This document shows positions 1-10,393 of a DNA stretch of 64,000 bases, one piece after another. The stretch is from NCBI GenBank assembly GCA_965223325.1, contig CBDCWI010000002.1:3712001-3776000 (forward strand), in the 5' to 3' direction. Within the stretch, counting starts at the first letter, position 1, and every line of letters starts with the position of its first letter. The notes under the pieces were generated by a model that worked only from the letters and a program-made list of their open reading frames with translations, had not been told where the DNA came from and searched no databases. The DNA is from Candidatus Multivoradales bacterium. Its GTDB lineage: Bacteria > Acidobacteriota > Thermoanaerobaculia > Multivoradales > Multivoraceae. The position numbers and the translations under genes are program-made.

Positions 1-1446
1 GCCTACGACTCACGGCGTGTGCGAGTCGGCGATCTATTCGCTGCCTGGTGTGGTGAGCATGCCGACGGCCGGAGGTTCGCGCCGGCCGCGATCGAGGCCG
101 GGGCTTCAGCGGTGTTGTCTTTCGATCGCCCTCTCGACGATGCGCCGCCAGTCGACGTTCCATGGTTGGTCACCGAGCGCCCTCGCGCGTTGCTCGGTAT
201 TCTCGCGGCGCGCCTCACCGGCCACCCTGAACGAGCGCTCACCCTGCTTGCTGTGACCGGCACGAACGGCAAATCGACGACCGTCGAGATCGTGCGGCAG
301 ATCATGCAGGCCGCGGGATATCCGACCGGCACGATCGGAACCATGGGGTACCAGTTCGGAAATCGAATCCTGGAAGGTGAGCGCACAACTCCAGAGGGTT
401 CGGACTTCATCGCCGTCCTCGAGACGATGCGGGATGAGGGAGTGGCCGCGGTCGCCTTCGAAGCGTCTTCCCACGCCCTGGCCCAGGGCCGGCTGATGGG
501 TATCGAACCCACCGTTGGCGCCTTCTTGAACCTGACCCGTGATCATCTCGACTTCCACCCCGACCTCGAGGCCTACTGGAGAGCCAAGCGCTCGCTCTTC
601 TTCGGAGAGGCTTCTGCCCTTGCGAACTCTCCCTGCGCGGCGGTGGTCTCGATCGACGATCCCTGGGGTCGTCGCTTGGCGGACGAGATCGCCGCGGCCG
701 AGGGACCCGCCAGACAACTGCTGACTTTCGGTGAGGGGGCGGACGTCTGTGTCCACGAAGAGACCCTGGACACCGCCGGAATTCGCGCTGTGATCAAGAC
801 GCCGAGCGGCATGCTCCCGATCGAGAGCCGGCTTCTGGGACGCTTCAACCTGTCGAACATCCTGGCGGCGACGGCGATTGCAGAAGCGCTGTCGATAGAC
901 CACGAGGCGATCGCCGCCGGAATCGCCCTGGTCGAGCCGATTCCCGGCCGGATGGAAGCAATCAACGCGGGCCAGTCGTTTCCCGTCGTCGTCGACTACG
1001 CCCACACGCCGGGGGCACTCGAGGCGGCCCTCGAAGCGCTGCGCGAGCTGTCGGGCAAGAAGACCGTCCTGGTCTTTGGCTGCGGCGGCGAGCGTGACCC
1101 AGGCAAACGATCGTTGATGGGACGCGTTGCCGGGCAGCTGGCCGAGCAGCCGATCGTTACCGACGACAATCCGCGCGGCGAGGACCCCGCGCTCATTCAC
1201 GCCGCCATCGAAGAGGGGCTCGAGGAAGCTGGCTGCGAGAACTACCGGCGCGTTCCTGATCGGCGCGAAGCGATTCGCCGCGGCATCGCCTTTGCCGCCG
1301 CACGCTCTGATGGTTGGAGCGTGCTGGTTGCCGGCAAAGGGCACGAAGACACGCAGACCACGGCGAGCGGCGAGCGCCCGTTCTCGGATCGCGATGAGAT
1401 CCTCGAAGCACTGGAGGGTACCGGTGGTACGGCGGCGAATCGATGA
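1..1446 (+). CDS. murE: UDP-N-acetylmuramoyl-L-alanyl-D-glutamate--2,6-diaminopimelate ligase (5' end outside window)
   Basis: Frame open from base 1 (AYDSRRV...). P-loop VTGTNGKST, TTPE, EASSHALAQGR, FLNLTRDHLDFH, VDYAHTP, DDNPR (meso-DAP specificity motif), AGKGHE. Confidence 0.97.
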   Translation, partial: AYDSRRVRVGDLFAAWCGEHADGRRFAPAAIEAGASAVLSFDRPLDDAPPVDVPWLVTERPRALLGILAARLTGHPERALTLLAVTGTNGKSTTVEIVRQIMQAAGYPTGTIGTMGYQFGNRILEGERTTPEGSDFIAVLETMRDEGVAAVAFEASSHALAQGRLMGIEPTVGAFLNLTRDHLDFHPDLEAYWRAKRSLFFGEASALANSPCAAVVSIDDPWGRRLADEIAAAEGPARQLLTFGEGADVCVHEETLDTAGIRAVIKTPSGMLPIESRLLGRFNLSNILAATAIAEALSIDHEAIAAGIALVEPIPGRMEAINAGQSFPVVVDYAHTPGALEAALEALRELSGKKTVLVFGCGGERDPGKRSLMGRVAGQLAEQPIVTDDNPRGEDPALIHAAIEEGLEEAGCENYRRVPDRREAIRRGIAFAAARSDGWSVLVAGKGHEDTQTTASGERPFSDRDEILEALEGTGGTAANR

Positions 1447-3055
1447 AGCGGTGGATGCCATGAGCGGCACGATCCAGCTCTCAGGGGAGGCCACCTCCAC
1501 GAAGGCCCTCTCCGCGAAGGCTCAGGTGGTGGGTGCTTCGATGTGGAGCGGCGCCGAGATTGACTCGCGACGGATAGCGGGCAACGAGTTGTTCTTTGCG
1601 CTGCCCGGCGAACATACCGACGGCCATCACTTCGTCGGCGCGGCGCTCGAGGCAGGGGCGGCGGCGGCGGTGATCTCAGATCGATCGCTGCTCGATGAGT
1701 CCAGGGTCAGCGGTCCGTTGATCTCGGTGGCCGATGTGGCCAGGGGGCTGCATGACTTGACCCGGGCAGTGCGGCACACCGCGCCGGCGAATCTGGTCGC
1801 CATCACCGGTTCGGCCGGGAAGACCACCACCAAGGAATACCTGGCCGCGTTCCTGGCAGAAGACTTTCGTACCGCAGCGAGCCCAGGCAATTTCAACAAC
1901 CTGCTCGGCTTCCCGCTTTCTCTGCTTGCCATCGCCGACGATACCGAGTGGATGGTCGCCGAGATGGGAATGTCCGAGCCCGGCGAGCTCCGCCAGGTCT
2001 CCAGCCTCGGAAGGCCCGACGTCGCCGTGTTCACCAACGTGCGCCCGGCTCACCTGGCTGGCTTTGAAGGCGCTCGAGCCCCGGGTAGTGACCCTCTGCG
2101 CTCGATCGCCGAGGCGAAGTCGGAGCTGCTCCTCGGCCTGGCCGCCGGTGGTCTGATCGTTGCCAATGCCTCCGACCCGTGGGTGACCTGGTTGGTTCAT
2201 CGCTTTCGCACCACGATCGATCCATCGGTACGGGTCGCATGGTTCCGCCTGGCGGAGGAAGCCCGGGCCGAACCGGCGGCGGAGGTGAGCAGAGAGTCCG
2301 CCTGGCAGGTCGGCGACCGTGAGCTGGTGGCGGAACATCTCGAGCCCCTTCTGCCGATTGGTACGTCGTTTGTGCTGACGGCTGGTCTTCTAGGGACCGA
2401 CCGCTCCCAGGGGGCTGGCTCGCCCGCCAGCAGGAGCAGCGTCTCAGTTGAGCTTCCGGTTCATGGCGAAGTCAATGTGCGCAACCTGTTGGCTGCGGCG
2501 ACGGCGGCGCACGCCATCGGAATCGAGCTCGAGACGATCAGAGAGGTCGCGGCGACGTTTGAAGCTCCCAGTGGGCGTGGGCGGATGTGCGAGCGCAGCG
2601 GCATTTCGGTCATCGACGACACCTACAACGCCAATCCCGAAGCCACCGAGGCGGCGCTCGATGCGGCTCGTGCGCACTACCTGCGAGCCGGGAAGCGTGG
2701 TCGGTGCGCCTGTGTTCTGGGCGACATGCGTGAGCTCGGTTCCGAGAGTGAGCGTTACCACCGGCGAATCGGTGCGCAGGCGGCGCGCCTTCTCTTCGAA
2801 CCCATCGTGACGGTCGGCATCGAAGCGCGCGCGACCGCAGACGCGGCACGGGAAGAAGGCGCACCAACCGTTCTGTCCTATGACACGGCCGACAAAGCAG
2901 CCGACGCCCTTGCCGGCAGGTCGCGCCCCGGTGACCTCTGGCTGGTCAAAGGCTCGCGCGGCGTGGCCCTCGAGTCGATCGTGCCAGTTCTTCTCGGTGA
3001 GCCTGCCGGTGATGGCGACACCAGCACCGGCGATACCAGGAAGGAAGTGAACTAG
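1424..3055 (+). CDS. murF: UDP-N-acetylmuramoyl-tripeptide--D-Ala-D-Ala ligase
   Basis: IDSRRI, FFALPGEHTDGHHF, ITGSAGKTTTKE, NFNNLLGFPL, EMGM, IDDTYNANP, VLGDMRELG, LVKGSRG. Start set at GTG 1424 after GGAGGG, overlapping the murE end; the ORF-track start at 1127 is too long. Confidence 0.95.
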   Translation: MVRRRIDEAVDAMSGTIQLSGEATSTKALSAKAQVVGASMWSGAEIDSRRIAGNELFFALPGEHTDGHHFVGAALEAGAAAAVISDRSLLDESRVSGPLISVADVARGLHDLTRAVRHTAPANLVAITGSAGKTTTKEYLAAFLAEDFRTAASPGNFNNLLGFPLSLLAIADDTEWMVAEMGMSEPGELRQVSSLGRPDVAVFTNVRPAHLAGFEGARAPGSDPLRSIAEAKSELLLGLAAGGLIVANASDPWVTWLVHRFRTTIDPSVRVAWFRLAEEARAEPAAEVSRESAWQVGDRELVAEHLEPLLPIGTSFVLTAGLLGTDRSQGAGSPASRSSVSVELPVHGEVNVRNLLAAATAAHAIGIELETIREVAATFEAPSGRGRMCERSGISVIDDTYNANPEATEAALDAARAHYLRAGKRGRCACVLGDMRELGSESERYHRRIGAQAARLLFEPIVTVGIEARATADAAREEGAPTVLSYDTADKAADALAGRSRPGDLWLVKGSRGVALESIVPVLLGEPAGDGDTSTGDTRKEVN

Positions 3056-4131
3056 TGCTCTACCACTTCCTCTTTCCGCTCGCGGATCGCTTCGGTGCCT
3101 TGAACGTTTTTCAGTACATCACCTTCAGGACGGCGGGCTCGATCATGACGGCTCTCATCCTGAGTCTCTGGCTGGGCGGCCCCACGGTGCGGTGGCTAGA
3201 GCGTCTCTCGGTGGGCCAGAGCGTGCGTGAGGTCGGCCCCGAAAGCCATCTTGCCAAGACCGGAACGCCAACCATGGGTGGCGTCTTGATCTTGATGACG
3301 GTTCTTGCAGCGACTCTGTTGTGGGCCGATCCAACCAACCTCTACGTATGGGTCGCAGTCCTGGCAACCACCGGGTTCGGGGCGGTCGGCTTTCTCGATG
3401 ACTGGCTCAAGGTGACGCGTTCGTCGAGCGATGGCCTCTCGGCGCGCGCCAAGATGCTGGCGCTCTCGGTCGTAGCCGTCCTGGTGGGTGCGACTCTGGT
3501 CTACGCCAGTCCCTTCGACTCGTCGCTCGGCTTTCCGTTCTTCAAGAACGTCGTACTCGAGCTCGGGCCGCTCTACATCCTGCTCGTCGTCATTGTTCTG
3601 ACGGGTGCTTCGAATGCCGTCAACTTGACCGATGGTCTCGACGGGCTCGCGATTGGCGCCATCTTGATCGCTGCTGCGACCTATGCCGTCTTTGCCTACA
3701 TCGCCGGTAACTCTGTGGTGTCCGGGTACCTCCAGGTTCCCTACGTTGCCGGGGTCGGAGAGGTCGCGATTTTCTGTGGCGCGCTGGTGGGCGCGAGCCT
3801 CGGTTTCCTGTGGTTCAACTGTCACCCGGCCGAGGTCTTCATGGGCGACGTTGGGTCGCTAGGGCTCGGTGGTGCGATCGGTGTTGTCGCGGTGCTTTCT
3901 AAGCAGGAGATCGTGCTCGTTCTGGTTGGTGGGCTGTTCGTGATCGAGGCTCTGTCGGTGATCGTGCAGGTCATCTCCTACAAGACGACAGGGCGCCGCG
4001 TGCTGCGCATGGCGCCACTTCATCATCACTTTGAACTCGCTGGCTGGAAGGAGCCCAAGGTGATCGTTCGCCTGTGGATCATCGCGCTCCTGTTTGCGCT
4101 TGCGAGTCTTTCGACCTTGAAGCTGCGATGA
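3055..4131 (+). CDS. mraY: phospho-N-acetylmuramoyl-pentapeptide transferase
   Basis: KTGTPTMGG, GFLDD, SNAVNLTDGLDGLA, FMGDVGS, MAPLHHHFE; multiple TM segments. Confidence 0.98.
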   Translation: MLYHFLFPLADRFGALNVFQYITFRTAGSIMTALILSLWLGGPTVRWLERLSVGQSVREVGPESHLAKTGTPTMGGVLILMTVLAATLLWADPTNLYVWVAVLATTGFGAVGFLDDWLKVTRSSSDGLSARAKMLALSVVAVLVGATLVYASPFDSSLGFPFFKNVVLELGPLYILLVVIVLTGASNAVNLTDGLDGLAIGAILIAAATYAVFAYIAGNSVVSGYLQVPYVAGVGEVAIFCGALVGASLGFLWFNCHPAEVFMGDVGSLGLGGAIGVVAVLSKQEIVLVLVGGLFVIEALSVIVQVISYKTTGRRVLRMAPLHHHFELAGWKEPKVIVRLWIIALLFALASLSTLKLR

Positions 4132-5528
4132 CGAATCCATGCCCATGGCGCGTTGCGCTGGTCTATGGCTTCGGTCTTTCAGGTCGTGCCGCCGCGCGCT
4201 TGTTGTTGTCGCGCGGCGTACAAGTGATCGTGGTCGACGAACGTTCGCGAGAAGAACTCGAGACCTCAGCCGACGCGGAGGTACGTTCAGAACTGGACTC
4301 TCTTGCGGGTCAAGCGGCGGAGTTCCATCTCGGCGAGGTCCCGCAGTCTCTGCCAGCAGGCGTTGAAGTGGTGGTGGTAAGCCCGGGCGTTTCTCCCGAT
4401 CGACCCCTGCTCGTGGCTGCGCGTCGCGCCGGCGTCGCGGTGATCGCTGAAGTCGAGCTCGCCTGGCGGAATCTTTCCGGGTCCGACCGGGTGATTGCGA
4501 TTACCGGCTCGAACGGCAAGAGCACAACGACGGCGATGGTTGGGCACCTGCTCGACGAGGCAGGCGTGCCAGCTCTGGTGTGCGGAAACATTGGTCGACC
4601 GATGGCCGATGCGGTCCTCGAGGTAGCCGCCGATACGACTGCGCGGCCGGTCTTCGTTGTCGAGCTGTCGAGCTTTCAGCTCGAGACCACCGAGACCTTC
4701 CACCCGCAGGTGGCAGCGCTTCTGAACGTATCGCCCGATCATCTCGACCGTCATGGAACCGAAGAGCGCTACCGCGTTGCCAAGGAGCGAATCTTCGGGC
4801 GCCAGCAGGCTGATGACACCGCGGTCGTGCGCGCCGATGAAAGAGAAAAGATGCTGACTCCGATCGCGGCGCGCGTTCGTTCTTTCTCGATTCACCAGGA
4901 AGTCGACGACGGTTGCTTTCTCGCCGGTGATGAGGTTCGCGAACGGGTGGCAAGCTATGAGCACCTGCTCTTCCCCAGGCAGTCGGTTGCAGTGCCAGGC
5001 CTTCACAACCTCGAGAACGCCATGGCCGCAGCTCTCATGGCGGGCGCATTGGGCGTCGACAGAAAGGCAATCGCTGCGGGTCTCGAGAGCTTCGTCGGGC
5101 TGCCTCATCGCACCGAACGGGTGCGTGACATGGGCGGCGTGCTCTGGTTCGACGACTCCAAGGGCACCAACATGGACGCGACTGCCCGTTCGCTCGAAGG
5201 TTTCGAGGACAAGAGCGTGCACTTGATCCTCGGCGGGCGCAACAAAGACGCCGATCCGCTTCTGCTTGCCGATGCCGTCTCGGCCAAGGCCAAGCGCCTC
5301 TATCTGATCGGCGAAGCCGCGCCCCTCTTCGAGGCGGCGCTAGGGAACCTTGTTCCCGTCGAGTCTTGCGGTGACCTGCACAACGCGGTGAAACGAGCGG
5401 CGGAGTGCGCGTTGCCGGGAGAAGTCGTTCTGTTGTCGCCGGCCTGCGCGAGTTTCGACCAGTTCGATTCGTACGCCCACCGAGGCGAAGTCTTCCACCA
5501 GCTCGTTGAGCAGTTGGAGGCACGCTAG
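4128..5528 (+). CDS. murD: UDP-N-acetylmuramoyl-L-alanine--D-glutamate ligase
   Basis: GFGLSG, VVSPGV, ITGSNGKSTTT, VELSSFQLE, DHLDRH, DDSKGTN, LLSPACASFDQF. ATG 4128 overlaps the mraY stop (ATGA). Confidence 0.96.
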   Translation: MTNPCPWRVALVYGFGLSGRAAARLLLSRGVQVIVVDERSREELETSADAEVRSELDSLAGQAAEFHLGEVPQSLPAGVEVVVVSPGVSPDRPLLVAARRAGVAVIAEVELAWRNLSGSDRVIAITGSNGKSTTTAMVGHLLDEAGVPALVCGNIGRPMADAVLEVAADTTARPVFVVELSSFQLETTETFHPQVAALLNVSPDHLDRHGTEERYRVAKERIFGRQQADDTAVVRADEREKMLTPIAARVRSFSIHQEVDDGCFLAGDEVRERVASYEHLLFPRQSVAVPGLHNLENAMAAALMAGALGVDRKAIAAGLESFVGLPHRTERVRDMGGVLWFDDSKGTNMDATARSLEGFEDKSVHLILGGRNKDADPLLLADAVSAKAKRLYLIGEAAPLFEAALGNLVPVESCGDLHNAVKRAAECALPGEVVLLSPACASFDQFDSYAHRGEVFHQLVEQLEAR

Positions 5529-5530
5529 CG

Positions 5531-6622
5531 ATGCCTAAGAAACGCGCAGTCGATCGCGCTCTGTTCATCGGAATTGCCGCCCTCGTCGCCTTTGGTCTGG
5601 TGATGGTGTATTCGGCGAGCGGCATCGACACCCAGTCGTCAGACGCGCCGGTGTGGCAGGTGTCACCTCTGGCGCGGCAGCTGGTGGCCACTGCTGTCGG
5701 TGTGCTTGCGATGTTCGCTGCGATGCACCTCGACTACCACCACCTCAAAGAGCCATGGGTGGTCTACGTGCTCCTCCTGGGCGTGCTCGGCCTCCTGGTT
5801 GCGGTGCTCTTCATGCCGATGCTCAACAACGCGCGTCGCTGGCTCTTTCTGTTCGGGTTTTCGTTTCAACCCTCGGAACTGGCCAAGCTGGCACTGGTTG
5901 TCTTTCTCGCCTACCAGATCGACCGTAAGCGCGACCGGGTCAACACGCCAACGTTCCTGGTCCCCGCCTTGGCCACCCTGGTCATGCTGGCCGCACTGAT
6001 TCTTCTCGAGCCCGATCTCGGGACGACGGTCATGTTGGTGCTCTCGGGAGCGGCGCTTTTGTTTCTCGGTGGAGTCGCCTGGCGCTATGTGGCTGTTGCG
6101 GGCCTGCTCTCGGTTCCGGCAGTCCTTCTCCTGGCGGTGATCGAGCCGCGCCGTTGGCAGCGCATCACGACCTTTCTCGATTCGAGCGCCGATCCTCTAG
6201 GCGATGGCTGGCAGATCTCGCAATCGCTCATCGCGGTGGGTTCGGGAGGCCTGACCGGTGTGGGGCTCGGTGAGTCGGTGCAGAAGATGGCTTTCCTGCC
6301 CATGGCGAACTCGGACTTCATTTTCGCGGTTGTGTGCGAAGAACTCGGCCTGCTCGGCGGTGGAGCACTGCTCGGCCTGTTCGGCCTCTTCGCCTGGCGC
6401 GGTTTTCGGGTCGGCGAACTCGCACCGGACGCTTTCGGTCGCTTTCTCGCCTGGGGGATCACCATGACCCTCACCCTCCAGGCTCTGCTCCACATGAGCA
6501 TCGCGCTCAACCTCCTGCCGACGACCGGTATGACCTTGCCCTTCGTGTCGTCGGGCGGAACCTCACTGCTCATTACGCTCGCCGCCTGCGGTGTGCTCCT
6601 CAACGTTTCGCAACACGTCTGA
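5531..6622 (+). CDS. ftsW: SEDS peptidoglycan polymerase FtsW
   Basis: GLVMVYSAS, RRW...FQPSELAK, EPDLGT, SDFIFAVVCEELG, PTTGMTLPFVSSGGTS; position in dcw cluster. Confidence 0.96.
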   Translation: MPKKRAVDRALFIGIAALVAFGLVMVYSASGIDTQSSDAPVWQVSPLARQLVATAVGVLAMFAAMHLDYHHLKEPWVVYVLLLGVLGLLVAVLFMPMLNNARRWLFLFGFSFQPSELAKLALVVFLAYQIDRKRDRVNTPTFLVPALATLVMLAALILLEPDLGTTVMLVLSGAALLFLGGVAWRYVAVAGLLSVPAVLLLAVIEPRRWQRITTFLDSSADPLGDGWQISQSLIAVGSGGLTGVGLGESVQKMAFLPMANSDFIFAVVCEELGLLGGGALLGLFGLFAWRGFRVGELAPDAFGRFLAWGITMTLTLQALLHMSIALNLLPTTGMTLPFVSSGGTSLLITLAACGVLLNVSQHV

Positions 6623-7911
6623 TGAAGCTCAACTCGACATTCCTCTTCCAGTCGCTCCCGGTTCAGTGTGGCGTGCGCCTCTCAACCGCGTTTGCCGCCG
6701 GCAACTCGAGCACCGGGAATCCAGCCGTCAGAACCTCGAAGGCCACGCTTCCCCTCGTGCTGGTGGCGGGTGGCAAGAGCGGCGGCCACATCTTCCCGGC
6801 ACTGGCGGTGGCAGAAGAGCTGCGCACCCGCGGCTGGCGCGTCGAAATGGTTGGCGCCGAAGACAGCATGGAGAAGCGGCTTGCCGAGAAGAATGGGGTG
6901 CCCTTTCATGCGGTCGAAGCCAGGCCGCTGGTTGGTCGCGGGATGATCGCGAAGATTAAGGCGCTGATGGTTCTGGGCCGATCGGCCTTCCAGGCGCGAC
7001 GCTTGCTACGCAGGTTGCGCCCCGACGCCGTCTTGGGGACTGGAGGCTTCGTTTCGGCCCCCACGGTCCTGGGTGCCCGATTGGCCGGTGTGCCTTCTCT
7101 GTTGATCGAACCCAACGCCGAGGTCGGCGTCGCCAATCGTTGGCTATCGCTGTTTGCCACCGGCGCCGTGACCGCCTGGCCCGAGACCGTCGAGAGGCTG
7201 CACTGCATCACCGTGGCGACGGGAATTCCGGTGCGCACCGGCTTCTTTGCGGTTCCGGCCCTCGAGCCCAAAGCGAGCCGCGAGGAGACCAGGAGGGTTG
7301 TGGTCCTCGGGGGCAGCCAGGGCTCGCGTTCGCTGAACCTCAGTGTTCCGTTGGCCTTTGCCAGGCTGCGGGCTGAACGCGGGGAGGACCTGCCGCACAT
7401 TGAGCTTCTCCATCAGGCGGGCCGCGAAAGGAGCGAAGAAGCTTCGGCTGCCTATCGCGAAGCACTTGGTGACGGGCCCGCCGGAGGCCTCGAGTTGACG
7501 GTCACTCCGTTCCTCGATGACACGGTAAGTGCGATGGCCAGCGCCGATCTGGTGCTCTCACGCGCCGGTGCGATCACCCTTGCGGAGTTGCAAGCCGCGG
7601 GTCGCGGTGCTCTCCTGGTGCCGCTGCCGATCGCTGGTGGTCACCAAGAGGACAACGCACGTGCCGTTGCGAGCGCCGGTGCGGCGGTCGTCGTTCTAGA
7701 AGAGAGCACGTCGGCCGAGCCCGAAGTGCGAACGGAGCTGGCTGGCCGGATCGCCGCGGCGCTCGCTCGAGTTCTGGTCGACGAACCGACAGCACTCGCC
7801 GAGATGGGAGCGCGCGCGCGTGAGCTGGCGAAGCCCGAAGCATGTGCGGAGATCGCGTCGTTTCTCGAGGGCATTGCCAAGAGCAGGCCAGTAGCCGGGG
7901 AGGCGGCCTGA
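6622..7911 (+). CDS. murG: UDP-GlcNAc--lipid I N-acetylglucosaminyltransferase
   Basis: AGGKSGGHIFPALA, GTGGFVS, EPNA..GVANR, GIPVR, GGSQGS, SRAGA. Start uncertain: ATG 6622 coupled to the ftsW stop, or GTG near 6757. Confidence 0.93.
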   Translation: MKLNSTFLFQSLPVQCGVRLSTAFAAGNSSTGNPAVRTSKATLPLVLVAGGKSGGHIFPALAVAEELRTRGWRVEMVGAEDSMEKRLAEKNGVPFHAVEARPLVGRGMIAKIKALMVLGRSAFQARRLLRRLRPDAVLGTGGFVSAPTVLGARLAGVPSLLIEPNAEVGVANRWLSLFATGAVTAWPETVERLHCITVATGIPVRTGFFAVPALEPKASREETRRVVVLGGSQGSRSLNLSVPLAFARLRAERGEDLPHIELLHQAGRERSEEASAAYREALGDGPAGGLELTVTPFLDDTVSAMASADLVLSRAGAITLAELQAAGRGALLVPLPIAGGHQEDNARAVASAGAAVVVLEESTSAEPEVRTELAGRIAAALARVLVDEPTALAEMGARARELAKPEACAEIASFLEGIAKSRPVAGEAA

Positions 7912-7912
7912 C

Positions 7913-9325
7913 ATGTTTCAACATCTTGCAGGTCTCGATCACATTCATTTCGTTGGCATTGGCGGTGCCGGCATGAGTGGCATTGCCGAAGTGTTGCTCG
8001 ACTACGACCTCGAAGTGTCGGGCTCCGACCTCCAGTCGACCTCGGTCACCGAACGCCTCGCCAGCCTGGGTGCGACGATTCACCTGGGACACGACGCTGC
8101 GCAGGTTGGCGACGCGGATCTGGTGGTCGTGTCGTCGGCGGTCCCGGATGAGAACCCCGAGATCCTGGCAGCAGAGGCGGCTGGCATCACCGTCGTCCGG
8201 CGGGCCGAGATGCTCGGCGAACTCATGCGCCTCAAGTACGGCATCGCGGTCGCGGGGACGCACGGCAAGACCACCACGACCTCGTTGATTGGCACCGTCC
8301 TGACCGAGGCAGGGCTCGACCCGACGGTGATCGTCGGTGGACGCATGCGGGTGTCGGGTACCGGCGCTCGTCATGGCAAGAGCGACTTCCTGGTTGCCGA
8401 GGCGGATGAGTTCGACCGCAGCTTCCTTCGCCTTGCGCCGATTCTGGCGGTGATCACCAACATCGATGTCGAGCATCTCGATACCTACAGCGATCTCGAC
8501 GAGATCGTCGACGCCTTCGAGGCGTTCGCCTCCCGCGTACCGTTCTTCGGGCAGGTGATCCTGTGCCTCGACGACCCCAACGTGCAGCGCCTTCTGCCCC
8601 GGCTTGCCGACCGTCGGGTGGTGACCTACGGGCTATCTCCGCAAGCCGAGCTCTGTGCCTCCGACCTGGTCAATGAAGACGGCGGCGGCACTTCCTTTGC
8701 GGTGCGCCACGCGCGCCTTGGAGAACTCGGTCGCCTGACCATTCCGATGCCCGGCGAACACAACGTGTGCAACGCACTGGCAGCGGTTGCCACGGGAATG
8801 GCGCTTGGTCTCGAGTTCTGTGCAGCAGCGCGCGGTCTCGAAGACTTTCCGGGTGTCCACCGTCGTTTCGAACGCCTGGGCTTCTTTCATGGTGCCGAGG
8901 TCATCGACGATTACGCGCATCATCCGACTGAGGTCACCGCAACACTGCGTGCAGCGCGCCAGGTCTATCCTGCCGGTCAGATTCACGCGGTTTTTCAACC
9001 ACATCTGTTCAGTCGTACTCGCGATCACGCCGAGGGATTCGGGGCGGCGCTCCTGCTGGCCGACTCGGCGTGGATCACCGACATCTACCCATCGCGCGAG
9101 CAGGCGATCGAAGGTGTGACGTCGGAGCTGGTGCTCGATGCCGCCCGCCAGAGTGGCCATCGTCGCGTCGAGTGGGCCTCGGACTGGGAGGCCATGAAAG
9201 AGCGCCTGGCAGGCGAGGTTCGTTCAGGTGACGCGGTCATCACCCTTGGTGCTGGCGATATCTACAAATTCGCCCACGGTCTCGTCGAGCAGTCGACCGG
9301 AAGTGTGGCCCGAAGTCATGTTTGA
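7913..9325 (+). CDS. murC: UDP-N-acetylmuramate--L-alanine ligase
   Basis: HFVGIGGAGMSGIA, VAGTHGKTTTTS, EADEFD, DDYAHHPTE, FQPH, GAGDI. Confidence 0.98.
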   Translation: MFQHLAGLDHIHFVGIGGAGMSGIAEVLLDYDLEVSGSDLQSTSVTERLASLGATIHLGHDAAQVGDADLVVVSSAVPDENPEILAAEAAGITVVRRAEMLGELMRLKYGIAVAGTHGKTTTTSLIGTVLTEAGLDPTVIVGGRMRVSGTGARHGKSDFLVAEADEFDRSFLRLAPILAVITNIDVEHLDTYSDLDEIVDAFEAFASRVPFFGQVILCLDDPNVQRLLPRLADRRVVTYGLSPQAELCASDLVNEDGGGTSFAVRHARLGELGRLTIPMPGEHNVCNALAAVATGMALGLEFCAAARGLEDFPGVHRRFERLGFFHGAEVIDDYAHHPTEVTATLRAARQVYPAGQIHAVFQPHLFSRTRDHAEGFGAALLLADSAWITDIYPSREQAIEGVTSELVLDAARQSGHRRVEWASDWEAMKERLAGEVRSGDAVITLGAGDIYKFAHGLVEQSTGSVARSHV

Positions 9326-9340
9326 AGCACGGGTCCAGCG

Positions 9341-10306
9341 ATGATGGAGTATCGAGACCTCGAGCGCGAGCCTCCGTGGGTGAAGCCACCCGCCGAGAGA
9401 GTCCCGCTACCGCCGCCGCCGGCGGCCGGCGACGACCAGCGTGCCGGTCGGCGCCTCGAAGAACTCCTGCCGTCGCCGTTCAGGCGTCGGGTCGACGCAC
9501 CGCGTCGTCGTCGCTCGCGCCCCTGGTTGCGGCGCCTGCGTCGTCTCGCGGTGCTGTTGGCGATGCTGGTGCCACTGGCAGCGGCAGGCCTCTGGGCGCT
9601 GCGCTCACCGACCATGGCGCTGGCACGTCTCCAGGTGGAGGGTACGTCGAAAGTCGACCAACAGTGGATCGAAGAGCAGCTGCGCCCGGTGCGGCGTCAG
9701 AACCTTCTCCTGTTGCGGCTCGATCCGCTGCAGGCTGCGCTCGAAGCGCATCCTTGGGTGCGTTCGGTGGGCTTGCGCAAAGAACCGCCCGACCTGCTAA
9801 TCGTTGCCGTCGAAGAACATCAGTCGGTGGCGTGTGCGCGCTTCGCGGATGGGTGGTTCTGGCTGGCAGAGAGTGGCGAGGTCATCACTGGTTGTGGGGC
9901 AGAGCCGCCGGCCGACGCCTTGCAGCTGGAGGTCGCAGCTCTTCTCGGGCCCGGGGAGGCTTGGTTGGGCGACACGCCGCAACCGGTGAGATTGGCGTTG
10001 TCGGCGGTGGACGAACTGCGCGAAGTCCATCCGCCGTGGGGCGAACGGGTCGCCACCCTCCGTCTACTTGGCGAGGAAGATTTTGAGCTCTCGATCGAAG
10101 GAGTGCGCTTCGCTCTGCGGATGCGACCGGGGTCGGCGCGAGAGCGGCTGGACACGTTGCGCCAGCTGCTGCCGCAGGTGGCCTCGCGATACGAAGTCGT
10201 CGAGACGATCGATCTTCGCTTCGAACGCCGCATCGTGCTCGGCGGTGCCGAGCTCCACCCCGTCACAAAGGGCGACGGTGGAGGCGAGATGAGGGCATCT
10301 GGATGA
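9341..10306 (+). CDS. ftsQ: cell division protein FtsQ/DivIB
   Basis: Basic N-terminal region, single TM, POTRA-like segment (HPWVRSVGLRKEPPDLLIVAVEE), C-terminal IDLRF; lies between murC and ftsA. Confidence 0.88.
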   Translation: MMEYRDLEREPPWVKPPAERVPLPPPPAAGDDQRAGRRLEELLPSPFRRRVDAPRRRRSRPWLRRLRRLAVLLAMLVPLAAAGLWALRSPTMALARLQVEGTSKVDQQWIEEQLRPVRRQNLLLLRLDPLQAALEAHPWVRSVGLRKEPPDLLIVAVEEHQSVACARFADGWFWLAESGEVITGCGAEPPADALQLEVAALLGPGEAWLGDTPQPVRLALSAVDELREVHPPWGERVATLRLLGEEDFELSIEGVRFALRMRPGSARERLDTLRQLLPQVASRYEVVETIDLRFERRIVLGGAELHPVTKGDGGGEMRASG

Positions 10307-10393
10307 TGTGCGTGGATTTTTCGGAGTGCAACGGAACGGGCAGAAATGAGATGGTGGGAACGCTTCTCTTTGGGAAAGATTGGGGACTGACCT

